A stretch of DNA of 64,000 nt from Candidatus Forterrea multitransposorum CG_2015-17_Forterrea_25_41 (GTDB lineage Archaea > Iainarchaeota > Iainarchaeia > Iainarchaeales > CSSED10-239). Below are positions 29,201 through 40,800 of this stretch, in pieces. The stretch covers positions 224,001 to 288,000 of the forward strand of contig CP045477.1 in assembly GCA_009392915.1 (NCBI GenBank), written 5' to 3'. The notes under the pieces were generated by a model. It did not search any database and was not told where the DNA came from. It saw only the letters and a list, made by a program, of their open reading frames with translations. The number at the start of each line of letters is the position of its first letter. Within the stretch, counting starts at the first letter, position 1. A program made the translations under genes and the position numbers.

Positions 29201-31900
29201 GATTCTAAAACAAAAATACCTGTTGAAAATAGAACAATAACAATTAAAGATAAATTTAAAGATACTATTAAAGGACCAATTTCAGTATCTGATTCAGTTG
29301 ATGAAATTGAAATAGGTAATATTCCTGCTCAAGGACCTGGAGATACAATCTATGTTTATATAACAGCTCCTGAGTATGAAACTGTTGTTGAAGAATTAAA
29401 AGCAACTGATAAATTATATAATATTATTCCAAGAAATTTAGCATATTCATTAAATATATTTGATGAAAAACAAAAAACTGAAAACTTTACAATTAATAAT
29501 TTATCTCCAATTGATTTAACTATTGATGAAATGGTTGTAAAAGGAAATGGTCTTGAAGTTGTTGATCTTCACAGAATAAATAATACTTTACTTAATAGTG
29601 TTGGTGTTATTATAAAAGGATTTGATTCAGTTTCAGATCTGCCAGATAACACAGACGCTTCAAAAGAGATTCCATTAACTATTAGTTTAAATCCAAGAGC
29701 TGAAACAATTAGAGAAGTTGTAGATTTATCTTCAACACTTCATATTGTTCTTTCAAATGGAGAAAATCAATGGAAGAGTGAGATTCCAATTAAAATAAAT
29801 ATTGGCTTTGATGGTATGATTGATAATTCTAATTGTTTAACTTTATCTCAAGATCAATGGAATGCTGTTGCTTTAAATAAAGCTGTTGATACAACATTTA
29901 TGGTTTCAAATAAATGTTCTGTAAATGGAACAAATATGCCTCTTTCAAATGGTCTTGAAGCAAGAGTATTATTTGAATCTAATCCTCAAGGTAAATTTAT
30001 TATAAGTCTTGATAATAGATCAATTGAACTTACTCATGGTAACTATAGAAGATTACTTGATACTTTTGATAGAGATAGATCACTTCCAGTAATTTTAAAA
30101 TATGAACCTGCTGGAAGAATGAAAGGAACTGTTAAAGGTACAATTGAGTTTAGATCTGTAAATAACACTGGAAGTGGAGAACAAGAATTAGTTTCATCAA
30201 TTGCATTTGAAATTGATGTTACAAATTTAAAAGATTGTGTTGTGTTTTCAAAGAGTTCTTTAAATGTTGGACAAGTTGATGACGAATTCACAATTGAAAA
30301 TGTTGCTTGTCCTGCAGACATGACTTACAGACTTTCATGTGACAATTGTCAAGGTTTAGTTGTTGAACCAAGAAATAATATTGATGTTCCTGCAAGTGGA
30401 AGTAGTGAAAATATTGTTGTAAGAAACATGGGAGCTACACCTGGTGCTTATGTTTTAAATGTATTTTCAAGTATGAAAGAATTTAGAGGTTCTGAAGAAC
30501 TTATAAAAAGAATAAAAGTATATGTAAGACCAACAGATTATTGTGTTGATCTTGAAAGATATGAGTTTGATCTTTATAGATCTGAATATTCTGAAAGTAC
30601 TGGTCTTGAACTTAATGCAACTTCATATGATACAACAAATTTAATTAATCTTTGTTATGGTCAAGAAGTTGAAGGTACTTTTAGTGTTAAAGAAGATGCT
30701 AAATGGAAGATGGCTTTAACTTCATTTTTAAGAGAAGGTTTGTATACTGGTGGTATTTCTGCTATCTTGCAAGGAAAGTTATTTGCATCAGCTGAAGATA
30801 AGGCAAATAAATTACTTGAAAGTGATGCTATAAAGAATAGCACTGATGAAAATGTAAAATCAGCTGCTGCTGCATTAGCTGCTGCTGTTGCTACTGGTAA
30901 TAAGAAAGATATTAAAGAGAAGACAACTGCTCTTGAGAATGCTGTGAATGATTCTGTTAATCCAACTTCTTCAGAAGCTACACCTGGGGAAACTTCTACT
31001 GGAAATCAAACTTCTTTGATTGATAAATCTAACCAATTAGTTACTGATGTTGAAAAATATTTAGAAGATTACAAGGTTTCTGGAAAAAATATTTATCAAG
31101 AAGTTGGTGACACAAATATAAAAAAATTAATCAATGATTTAAAAGATGCAATAAAAACTAATAAAATTGAAAAAATAGAACCTGCTTATAATGAGCTAAA
31201 ATATGTTTTTGAAGAATTTAAAAATACAAATTCTCCTGTTACTACTCCATCTGCTGGAAGTACTCCACCCGCTCAAACTACTTCCCCCGCTCAAACTTCT
31301 GATACTGATAGTTTAACTGTAAATGATGATGTTGATAATACTTGGAAAAATAGTGTTAATTTAGATATATATAGAGAGTTTGTTTTAGATAATCCTAATA
31401 AACTTGATTTTGAATCTAAATCCTATAAAGCAGAAGATTATTCTAATTGGGATACTTTCAGAGAAAAATACGATAAAAGTGTTATTACACTTAATAAAAA
31501 AATAGAAGATGAATTATTAGTGTCTGCAACAAGTCAAAATGATTTTTCTGAAAAAATAAGAACTGCAAAAGATGAATGGAAAAAAAATGTTAGAATTTTA
31601 ATTGAAGATTTAAAAGCAAAGGAGGAGACATTAACTCCTAATTTAGATGTTCAACAACAAAGACTTCAAATTGCAAGTCAAGCACAAACAGGTGCTAGTT
31701 GTAGTAAAGACGAATTAATCCCTGGAACACAAGAAAATTTATTTAATATTATTGAACCTAATGATAATGGATTTGTATATGTTTGTACAGGAAATGGTCA
31801 TTATAGAGCTTGTGATTTAAATACAAATAAATGGACTCCAATAGCAACTAATTACCCAATTTATGATCATGCAGTAGATACATGTATTGAAATAAATTAA
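26297..31900 (+). CDS. Giant (1867 aa) signal-anchored surface protein, paralog; its C-terminal tail is homologous to that of the 2671-aa protein
   Basis: The N-terminus is LYYNLEDKYYSFVERTGLYKVTDKIDKVMPSFILFILLIVILISGLVFLLL. It has beta-sandwich repeats, the shared CSDEFCFSSTIVDVSEDLRYD module, and an Ala-rich/PT-rich tail (SAAAALAAAVATG...SPVTTPSAGSTPPAQTTSPAQTS). Confidence 0.8.
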   Translation: MGLKKLYYNLEDKYYSFVERTGLYKVTDKIDKVMPSFILFILLIVILISGLVFLLLPSSQVKDGVDIQFEVIDAESGALLEDVTLMLTTSKDISSITTSSEGLTDYIKIPKNTSYQIDIVEDSYENFNDIFSTKESSETITIALEPSGVEPLTVSYSFDVVDSKTTLIVNSTGAISFKCMNGSLAPNPVRVLNGNVSVEASPECNLAIDSISFNGYLSKDNIPINAMTGTISLEPTEINFQDDTYKVVINVKNSSNEALSNIKVTFTNDYGIIDSKTTSSNGNVTFEDLDSGEYIVNFSDQRATPIYSTLSRTYYISSDITKSETLSSDVSGYIFVRIIGENSGVLEGAEVNLKTSENNTIETKLSDVDGEVIFTVSEIKDYNVVVDAEGYLITRKLVEAKEVMPTNPIVIPLPLITPATLASLKVQVTTWEGKPFKFAKVVLYDAETGFLTDYKPVLTNYDGNATINITSGKYIAKAIKGSVTGESSEFEFNVKYPELSGTVTIPMGISEGVLNVSVVDNDGNPVPYAIIDLYDRYSYYNFTPAVPLKKTTTDSQGNIEMVVDADIEYYVVATDLDDVYGKTQSRFVYVGADSQESLEVTLYPRNSSTTKPRMVFNGIYKDDLKVEDNLKAGEDYKIRYNLLVPQNRTGDDVFEEIGLMLRTGSTSMIENDSLFIKYLDVPYLDSIQKYTQFNLNAPHENEGYYDEDSLTEGNFKWAKATLKEGPINYNGSFGFYNAYEIEAIISVKDTAVFGEELKIFSLGYGLNEDDEYETYNSYLGPNEEIEYYDVYDQITFGVGNELFCSDEFCFSSTIVDVSEDLRYDVTNNFAAMPNKDYKYSFTLINNSLETKYLSSRFILENIDEGLDFKNIKIYKPDGEVYTQTNTNENEFDIPITSLVSKQKVTGEIIFMPKLKGTRELSIKFISDQKIKFINQLFIDVLSDKTFEVEIEPSIIPSAKSFSLVINAVDSKTKIPVENRTITIKDKFKDTIKGPISVSDSVDEIEIGNIPAQGPGDTIYVYITAPEYETVVEELKATDKLYNIIPRNLAYSLNIFDEKQKTENFTINNLSPIDLTIDEMVVKGNGLEVVDLHRINNTLLNSVGVIIKGFDSVSDLPDNTDASKEIPLTISLNPRAETIREVVDLSSTLHIVLSNGENQWKSEIPIKINIGFDGMIDNSNCLTLSQDQWNAVALNKAVDTTFMVSNKCSVNGTNMPLSNGLEARVLFESNPQGKFIISLDNRSIELTHGNYRRLLDTFDRDRSLPVILKYEPAGRMKGTVKGTIEFRSVNNTGSGEQELVSSIAFEIDVTNLKDCVVFSKSSLNVGQVDDEFTIENVACPADMTYRLSCDNCQGLVVEPRNNIDVPASGSSENIVVRNMGATPGAYVLNVFSSMKEFRGSEELIKRIKVYVRPTDYCVDLERYEFDLYRSEYSESTGLELNATSYDTTNLINLCYGQEVEGTFSVKEDAKWKMALTSFLREGLYTGGISAILQGKLFASAEDKANKLLESDAIKNSTDENVKSAAAALAAAVATGNKKDIKEKTTALENAVNDSVNPTSSEATPGETSTGNQTSLIDKSNQLVTDVEKYLEDYKVSGKNIYQEVGDTNIKKLINDLKDAIKTNKIEKIEPAYNELKYVFEEFKNTNSPVTTPSAGSTPPAQTTSPAQTSDTDSLTVNDDVDNTWKNSVNLDIYREFVLDNPNKLDFESKSYKAEDYSNWDTFREKYDKSVITLNKKIEDELLVSATSQNDFSEKIRTAKDEWKKNVRILIEDLKAKEETLTPNLDVQQQRLQIASQAQTGASCSKDELIPGTQENLFNIIEPNDNGFVYVCTGNGHYRACDLNTNKWTPIATNYPIYDHAVDTCIEIN

Positions 31901-31937
31901 TTAATTTTTATATTAAAAATAAAAGGTGTAAAAAAAT

Positions 31938-34832
31938 ATGGAAAAAATAAAAAAAAATATTAAATTTTTAGGAATTTTTTTAATAATGGCGCTTATGCTT
32001 TCATTTGTAAGCATACCTGTTTCAGCTGAGTTAGGTGATGAAGCAAAAAGCCAAGTAGGAAATGTTTTAATTGAACAAGTATTTTTAGGTGGTGGAAAAC
32101 TTCTAAATAAAGTCTTTGGACTAAACCCAATAGTTCACGGTGTCTTAGCAGGTGGTTTTTCTGCAATAAATACTTTTTCTCAACTTTCAAAAGTAGAAAT
32201 TGATTTTTCCTTAGATAGAGATCAAGTAAACCTTTCTGAAGATAAAGAAGATTATTTTGAACCATATGATAATTACCTTTTAGATAATAAAATAGAACAA
32301 GATGTAACTTTAAAAGACAACATGCTTTTAACTGATAAAAATATCTTAGATGCACAATTTATTGAAACAAAAAATTTATCTGAAATTGATAATGGAAGTA
32401 ATTCTCCAAATTTTAGACTTGCAGATAAAACAAAACTTGTAAAAGTTTTAGATTCAAATAATCAAGCAGTATCTTTACAAAAAAGAGAAATATTATTTGA
32501 AGATACAAATAAAACAATTGAAAACGAATATGAATATAGAACCTTTGTAGTTAAATATCCTAAATCAACATATACAGGAAAAGTAGATTATGATCTTGGT
32601 TTTTCTGATCTTTTAGGATCATGGGCAAATCTTTTAGTTCCATTCTATAATGGTGCAAGTAATATTAAAATAAGTAAATTTTTAGATGGTTCTAATACAA
32701 AACTTATAGAAAAAATAAATGAAGAAAAAAAAGAAGAAATACTTTTAGAACCTTTCAAATTAATATTTAATTCTTATGTTAGAGATTCACTTGAAAATGT
32801 TGAAACAGACCAAGTTAACTGTGTTACTGAAGGTGGATTACTTTTAGGTCAAACAGGAACAGAAGCTCTTCCAAATATAGCTTTAGATTGGACTTATAAT
32901 TCTTCAAATGCACAAACAATTTCAGGTATGAATGTTTCAAGACTTGATTGGTGTGATGCTGATTTAACTGGTGAAGAAAACAAAAACTCAATCTTTTGTG
33001 ATTCAACACAATTCTCAATTGAACTTTTAAATAAACTTGAAAAAATTCAAAACTTTGTAAAAGATAATAAAGCTTCATTTACATGTCCAACACCAGGTGT
33101 TACTCAAAGCTTAATTTCAGAAAATAACAATATAGGAATAACACAATTAAATTCAAGTTATGATTCTTCAATAATTTCTGTTGAATATCTACTTGAAGGA
33201 ACAATGAATTTAGATGATTTTAATATTGTTCCAGAAACATTAGGAAGTTTAGCTCTTACTCTTCTTAAAGACGGAGTAGAGGAAGATAGTAAAATAATAG
33301 AGTTTACTTTAGAAGACTTTATTGAAAATAAATTCTCAGGAACAGAAGAATTTGATGTTGGTTTTATTTTTGATGATGAAACTAATTTTAAAATAACTGC
33401 AATTTTAACTTTATCAGATCCATATAGTTCAGTTGATTCAAAATTAGATAATCTTTTAGAAAATGAATTTACTCCAAATTCAGAAACTTGTGATTTAGAA
33501 AAAACATCTCAAAATATAAATCTTTTCTCTAAGAATAAGAAAATAGATACTTCATTAGTAGAGTTTAGATCTTATTTAATGAAAGATGGATATTCTAATG
33601 ACTTTAAATCAGACTTTGATAGATATTATAGACATACAATAACAGCAGCTCCAGATATCTATAAAGATTATTATTATAAATATTTTACAACAGATAATTT
33701 TACTTTCCAATCATCCTTTGATTCAGAACCTGGAAGATTAATGCTTCAAGGTCCTGGAAGATACAATGTTTTATTAAAAGTAACATTTGATGATGAATGG
33801 AATTTATTTGATAAAACAACAGATGAAGTTACAGGAAAAGTTGAAGTTATTTTAACAAGAGAAATTGCACCTGAAAGAGATTCTCCTCTTTACTATATGC
33901 CATTTAATGGTCTTGTTGGAATTGATTCTGAAAATGCAAGACAAGGTTATGGTGTTGACTTTACAGGAGATGTTGTAACAGTTTCAAAACTTCAAACTAA
34001 TGAATATTTAAGAACAGAGCCTTTTACACAATCTAATACAGTTAACACAGTTTCTGTAAAAGAGTATGGTAAAAATCCAACTGACTTTTCTTTCTTAAAT
34101 AATGGACAAACAAGAGGAATGCTTCTTAATATTAATTTATCAAGTACAAAAACAAATCCAGAGCTTGTCTTTGTTCCATCAAGAGCAACTCCTGTTGCTT
34201 TAAAAGTTTCAAATCAAAATAATGATGCTTATGCTTTCTATAAGCTTGATATAGGAGCTCCTCAAGCTCAAGGTGGAGAACCTGCATTAACTCCTGGTAG
34301 TTTAGTTCCATGGACAGGTGTTGGAAATTGTCTTGACTTTACAGGAATTTCAATTTTAGAAACTTATAAAGGTAGACCAGACATACATGCAATTTCTTCA
34401 AAACTTGCACCTTCAACAACAAGTGACACTGTTTCATATGGTGTTGAATGGGAAGGAAGAAATATTACTAGAAGAGGAGATGTATTCTTAAGAACAGTCT
34501 TTTACACACCAAGTAATTTTAAAACAGGTGATGGTTTAAGTGTACTTACTTTAGATTCATATGATGATGCAGCAGCTTTCTATACATTAGGTCAAGAGAA
34601 TGCAAGTTCTGTTGAGCTTAGAAATGTTTTAGGAAACAATGCAGATATTAAATATATTAGTGAAATCTTTTCACTTGTAAACGAAAAGAAAGCATGTATT
34701 GATTATACAGCTAATAATTTAAAAATTTCATATAATCCAATAGCCGTATCAGAACCATTATTTGGTGGAGATTTATCTTCAGATTCTCAAAATGCTTGGG
34801 TTGAAAGTAAAGGCGGATGTATAATAAATTAA
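31938..34832 (+). CDS. Secreted 964-aa protein; a stand-alone copy of the C-terminal module B found in the 2466- and 2147-aa giants
   Basis: It has a classical Sec signal peptide (MEKIKKNIKFLGIFLIMALMLSFVSIPVSA|ELG). It is collinear with the giants' C-termini: TGTEALPNIALDW, DWCDADLTGEENKNSIFCDSTQF, YYMPFNGLVG..RQGYGVDFTGD, WTGVGNCLDFTG, VFLRTVFYTP, ISEIFSLVNEKKACI. Confidence 0.75.
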   Translation: MEKIKKNIKFLGIFLIMALMLSFVSIPVSAELGDEAKSQVGNVLIEQVFLGGGKLLNKVFGLNPIVHGVLAGGFSAINTFSQLSKVEIDFSLDRDQVNLSEDKEDYFEPYDNYLLDNKIEQDVTLKDNMLLTDKNILDAQFIETKNLSEIDNGSNSPNFRLADKTKLVKVLDSNNQAVSLQKREILFEDTNKTIENEYEYRTFVVKYPKSTYTGKVDYDLGFSDLLGSWANLLVPFYNGASNIKISKFLDGSNTKLIEKINEEKKEEILLEPFKLIFNSYVRDSLENVETDQVNCVTEGGLLLGQTGTEALPNIALDWTYNSSNAQTISGMNVSRLDWCDADLTGEENKNSIFCDSTQFSIELLNKLEKIQNFVKDNKASFTCPTPGVTQSLISENNNIGITQLNSSYDSSIISVEYLLEGTMNLDDFNIVPETLGSLALTLLKDGVEEDSKIIEFTLEDFIENKFSGTEEFDVGFIFDDETNFKITAILTLSDPYSSVDSKLDNLLENEFTPNSETCDLEKTSQNINLFSKNKKIDTSLVEFRSYLMKDGYSNDFKSDFDRYYRHTITAAPDIYKDYYYKYFTTDNFTFQSSFDSEPGRLMLQGPGRYNVLLKVTFDDEWNLFDKTTDEVTGKVEVILTREIAPERDSPLYYMPFNGLVGIDSENARQGYGVDFTGDVVTVSKLQTNEYLRTEPFTQSNTVNTVSVKEYGKNPTDFSFLNNGQTRGMLLNINLSSTKTNPELVFVPSRATPVALKVSNQNNDAYAFYKLDIGAPQAQGGEPALTPGSLVPWTGVGNCLDFTGISILETYKGRPDIHAISSKLAPSTTSDTVSYGVEWEGRNITRRGDVFLRTVFYTPSNFKTGDGLSVLTLDSYDDAAAFYTLGQENASSVELRNVLGNNADIKYISEIFSLVNEKKACIDYTANNLKISYNPIAVSEPLFGGDLSSDSQNAWVESKGGCIIN

Positions 34833-34847
34833 AAGAGGGATTAATTA

Positions 34848-37800
34848 ATGTCATTTAAAGATGCTTGGCAAAATTTTCTAACAAAGATAGACAACAGAAT
34901 ACCAATTAAAAAGATAACAGGCCCACTTGATAAAAAAAATCCCTTAACTTCTTTTTTTATTTTTCTTTTAATAATTTTAGTTGTTTTATACTTAATCTTT
35001 GGATCAAGTATAACACTAAATAATCAAAAACTAACTGAAGTTACAATAAGACTTGCAGATTCAGATAATAATATTTTAGATAATTTTGATTTTAAGATTA
35101 GAAATATATCTGATGGAATAACAAATAGTTATGTTACAAACTCATCAGGTTCTTTAACTTTAGAACTAGATTTAAATAAAAAATATTTATTAATTATTGA
35201 TTCTCCTAATTATGAACTTTTAGAAGAAGAAATTAATTTATCTTTAGATTCTTTAAATTTTATAGTTACTGTTTTAGATACTCCAATTAATTATTTAAAA
35301 ACAGTTTACTTTGAAGATGCATTAACTAATAGCTTAATTGAAGATTCTTTAAATGTTACAATTAGATGTGATAATGGAGAAATAATTACTCCAAATACTA
35401 TTGATACTCAATCTGGAAGTGTAGAAATTAATGTTCCTTTAGAATGTGAAAATATTTATGCATCTGTAAGAGGAGATAGGTATATTGAAGAAAATCTAGA
35501 GATGCCTATTACAGAAAGTACTTTCAAGCTTGAATCTATAACTGAAATATTAGAGAGTGGAAGAGTTTCTATTTCAGTATTTTCTGGAGAAGATATTATT
35601 CAAGATTCAATAACTATTAAAATATTTTCAGTTGATGATTCAATAACTCCAATTAATACTACACAAACAACAAATGGAATTGGTTTTTTTAATTCAATAC
35701 CAGTTGGTGAATATATTGTTAAAGCAAGTGATGTTTCAAATAGATATCTTCAAAAACAAGAACAAGTTACAATAATTAAAAACTCACTTTCTGAAATTAC
35801 ATTTGATTTAATAGATACAGATACAGACTCTCCTATAATAATTGATCCTGATACAAATCAAGAAATTGTTATAAGAGAAGTTACTGTTTTTGTAAAAGAT
35901 AAGGATTCAGGAGAAATTATAGATTCTTCTTTTGATCCTAGTGTTACTTTACTTTTAGATGGTAATGAAAATATTGAACAAAGAAACCTTAATGAAGGTT
36001 TTATTTTTAATATTTCAGAGGATAAATCATATTCTCTTAAAGCAACAGCAGAAGGTTATATTCCTGGAGAAATTATTCCAATAATTTCTGGTAAAAATAC
36101 ATATATTTTTAATTTAGAAAAAATAACAATAAGTAATGTTTCAAACCTTAATATTACTGTTCAAGATGAAGACTTAAAACCAATTGTTGGTTTAAAATCT
36201 TGGATATATGATAAAGATGGACAATATATAGATCCTAGATTTGATTTTTCAACATCTGATGAAAATGGAAATATTGTTTTTGAAAATATTCCTGATCTTA
36301 ATTTTACAATAAAAGTTAAAAATAGTTTTATTGAAGAGACTTCTTCAATGTATCATAATTCTCCACCAGAAGATACTAACATAACATTACCTGTAGAGAT
36401 TGGTACTGGTACAGTTAATTTAACTGTTAAAAATAAATTAAATGATATTGTTTCAAATGCACAAGTTACTTTTTATTCTGAAAGTTTAGAAGTTTTAGGT
36501 AGTTCTTTTGCATCTTCAAATGGAACTTTAGAAAATGATCTTAAAGCTGATAAAAGAATTTTTATAAAAATAGAAGCTGATGGTTATCTTCCTTACTTTA
36601 CAGAGCTTTTTAGAATTTATAAAAATAAAACAGTTACAAAAGAAATTATTCTTGAAAGAGAAAATTTATCAGATGATGTTTCTGTTGAGTTTTTAGGACT
36701 TTATAATTCTTTAGATACTGAAGTTGAATCTTTAAAAAACAATGAAGTATTTTATTTTAAGTTTAAAGCAATCATGCCTGTTTCAAGTCAACATTTTAAT
36801 TTTGTATTTAGAGCAGGTTCTTTTACTTCAGTAACAGAAGATATTGTTTTTATAATGCCACAAAATACTTCTTTAGGTATTCCTGTTTATTATGAAAATG
36901 AGCCATTTAATGAATCAGGGAATTATTTAGAATCTAAGTTAGTTGATATTGAATTCTTAGGATATCCTGCTTCAGTTCATGAAATTACAATTCCTATAAG
37001 AATTAAAAATGCAGCTATTAATGAAAGAGTTTCTTTCTTTTATGATTCTTCAATAAATAATATTGACTTTATGTCAAATAATTTTAATCAATTACAATAT
37101 TTTATAGAAGCTACAAGTCTTTGTGGAGAAGATTTTTGTTTTTCAGGACAATATGTTGATGTTTCTCAAGACTTAAGATATGATATTTCTTCAAATAATT
37201 TAATTTCAACAAATATTCATTCAGATTATATTTTAGAATATCAAATTACAAATTCTTCTTCAAATAGTTTTGAAGATGTAAGACTTTCTACAAGAAATTT
37301 AAATAATGATGATAATCCAGTAGCTATGATTAACATTAATAGTTATTCAATTTCTGGAGAAGCAACTTCTGTTGGTCAAACAATTGAAGGAGAAAATAAT
37401 TTTAATATTCCTTTTACTGGTGATGAAATTAATTTAGAAAAAATTAATCCTTTTTCAAGTATTAATTATACTTTAAATGTAACTCCTTTAAATCTTGGAC
37501 AATCTAAACTTACAAATAGAATTATTTCTCTTCAAGAAGAAATCTATTCTCTTCCTATAAACTTTTCAGTTTCAGAACTTGAAACTATGGAAATTGATTA
37601 TGAACCTAAAAATATTGTTCCTGGACTTCCTTTTGATTTATTAGTAACTGTAAAAGATACTCAAGGAGAATATTTAGAAGGAGTAAATATTAATATTTTA
37701 CAAAAAGTTAGAAATGAGTATATTACTGTTTCAACAGGAAAAACAACTGATCCTCAAGGAAATGTAATAATAACTTTACCATCTTTAAGACCAGGAGAGA

Positions 37801-40800
37801 CTTTTGAAATACAAGCTATAAAGTCAAAATATTTTTCTCAGAATGTTTCTTTTACAATCGGAACTGATATTTTAGATGTTTATTCTCAAGAGCAAATATT
37901 ATCTTCTGAAAGTCCACTTGAAGTATTTATTCATAAAACAAATATTAATGGTGAAACTTATTCTTTAACTTTAAAAAACAAAACAAACTATGCTTTAAAA
38001 ATTAATCAATTTAATACTGAAGATTTTTCTTTTAATAAATCTTATTTACTTAATTTAGAGCAAACTGTTAATTATCTTAATAATCAAATAACTTCTCAAG
38101 CAGAAGGTTTTGTAATTCCTGCAAATGAATCTAAAGAAATTGTAATTAAGTTTGCCCCTTCAGATTCTGCAAGAACTCATCCTGTTTCAGAAGATATTTT
38201 AGGTGCAATTACAGGAAATTATTCTTTAAATAATTATGATTATCGTTTTACAATTCCTGTTAAAGCAAAATTTTCTGTTGGAAGTGGTGTTTTATTTGAT
38301 GATTGTTTAGTTGTAACTCAAAGTCCAGGAGAATGGAATACTGTTGTTTCTACAAGTACTCAAACAACTTCTTTTACAATAAAGAATACTTGTCTTTCAA
38401 AAGAAGGAGAAGTCCCAATACCTATTAAAAATGTACAAGCAAAGATATCTTCTCAAGCAGATAGATATGGTGTTTATTTCTTAAACCTTATAGGCCCATC
38501 TTCTTCAAATCAAATACAGTTGTCTGAAAATTACTATAGAGTTGTAATTGATCAAATGGCTCCTGAAGAAGAATATAGAGTTGATTTAACATTTAATACT
38601 AATGGTACAAGATTTGCAGATGTTAAAACAAATATACATCTTAATGCTCAAGTAGAAACTGAAGATGGTTTATCTTTTGTAAATAAAGAACCTAAAGATA
38701 TTTTCTTAAAAACAAATATTTCAATAATGAATCTTAATGATTGTTTTTCATATATTGATCAAAATGGAAAAGTAATTAATTCAGGTGGTCTTTATACTTT
38801 AGAAGGTATTGAAGAAAATGAATTAACTATTAGAAACAATTGTCAAGGAAAAGCTACTTTTAAAATGAATCTTTGTGATGCTTATGATTTAGGTTGTAAT
38901 GATTTAATTATTACAAATACAGATGAAGAAAATAATATTTTAAGATTTTCACTTAACGATTCTGAAAAAACAGTATATATTAAAAAAGATTCAACAAAAG
39001 CACCTGGTGCTTATATTCTTAATAACAGAGTCTCTGTTATAAATAATTTTGAAAGAGAACTTGCATCTTCTTTTGCTCTTTTAAAAATAAATGCAAAAGA
39101 TCCTAATGGTTTATGGATGGAAGATCCTTTTATAGAGATTAATGAAGATAAAGTTTCTGAGATTAAAAGATTATATAATAATAATTTAGAAAAGACTCCT
39201 TGGGATTATGCAAGTTATTATCAAGGAGAAGAAGGTTTTGGAAAATTTATAACAAATATTTATTATACAGGAAATACTTGGAAAAAATCTTTTAATCAAC
39301 ATTGGAGTAGATGTATAGCTGGAGATGATACTTGTTTATTTAACGGGGATAATTCTTTACTTTCAATGAGATTTTTACCAGAAAATCAATTAAGTAATGT
39401 TGGTGCAGAAGGATTAAGTGCAGGTGGTGCAATTGGGATAGGAATTGGTACTGCTGCAATTGTTTCATTAGTTTTAATTATGGCAAAAGTTGCTGTATTA
39501 GGAAGTCTTTTAGGACCTGTCGGTTGGATAGTTGCTGGACTTTCAATTGTTGTTGCATCAATAGCACCATCTTTCTTTTCAGATTATGATGTAGATGTGC
39601 AACCAAGGTTTTTGGATGTTTCTGAAAATAATACTATTGATAATTTAGTTGCTTTAAAAGAAATATCTGTAGATGATTTAAGTGATCAAAAAGAATTAAT
39701 TAATGTATTTGATATTACTGGTGCAAGATATTTTAAATATTTTAATAATGTTATTTTTGCACATGGAAAACTTGCTTCTAAAAAAGAAATTAAAAGTGTA
39801 CTTCCAAAATGTAATGGTATAAATAATTTAGTGCCTGTTGATCAATTTTTAAAAGTATATAATAAACCTCCATTTTGTGATGAAATAACTATAGAAGAAA
39901 CTGAAGATTCTTATATTTATAAAACAAGTTGTAATGGACAAAAATTAAATAGACTTGAATTAAATTTATTCTATAGTGCTTATTCAATATGTAAAAGTGA
40001 TGAAACATATTGGCCAGAACAAGCAGGTATAAAACCTTTACAGTTTAATTTAACTGATGAAATATATAATTTATTAGATAATGATTCTAAAAAATATTAT
40101 TTTAAAAAATATGAATTTAATCCAACTTTAGATGATTCAAATAGCACACAAGATTTAGCTTTTGTAGATTCAGATAGTGTAGGAAATTATAGATTTGGTT
40201 TCTTTTTAACAAAACCTGAAGAAACACCAAATTATGATCTTTCATTACAAGAATGTGTAACTGATACTGGAAGAACTGGAAAAACAGGAGAAGGTGCAGT
40301 TCCAAATATTTCTCTAAATTGGAATTGGGCTGAAACTGATTGTGCACAAACATATTGTGATGCAACTCAATTAACTCAAGATGTTTTAGATAGAATTAAT
40401 GATGCTGAAAAATTAATTTCATCAAATGTTGTTCAATGTCCTATAAGTAATCAAGAACTTTATGACCAAGCATTAAATGGTTCTTATAAAGTAACTGCAG
40501 AACCATCTGATGTTATTAATGAAATACCTGTTGGAAAAGTAGGTATTAATTCTGTAAAATTAGATTCTCAAAATAATAAATTAGCAATAAAAGTAGTTTT
40601 AGAAAACAGATCTGATACACCATCTTCAGGAACTATTGTTATTAGTCTTGATGATAAACAATTAGAATCTATAAAATACAGAGATGTAGCTTCAGGAGAA
40701 TATATTGAAGAAAATATAGATTATCCTGGATCTTATTCAAAAAGTATAACTGTTCCTTCTGGTATTGATAATACTAATGAAATAATTTTTGTTTATAAAG

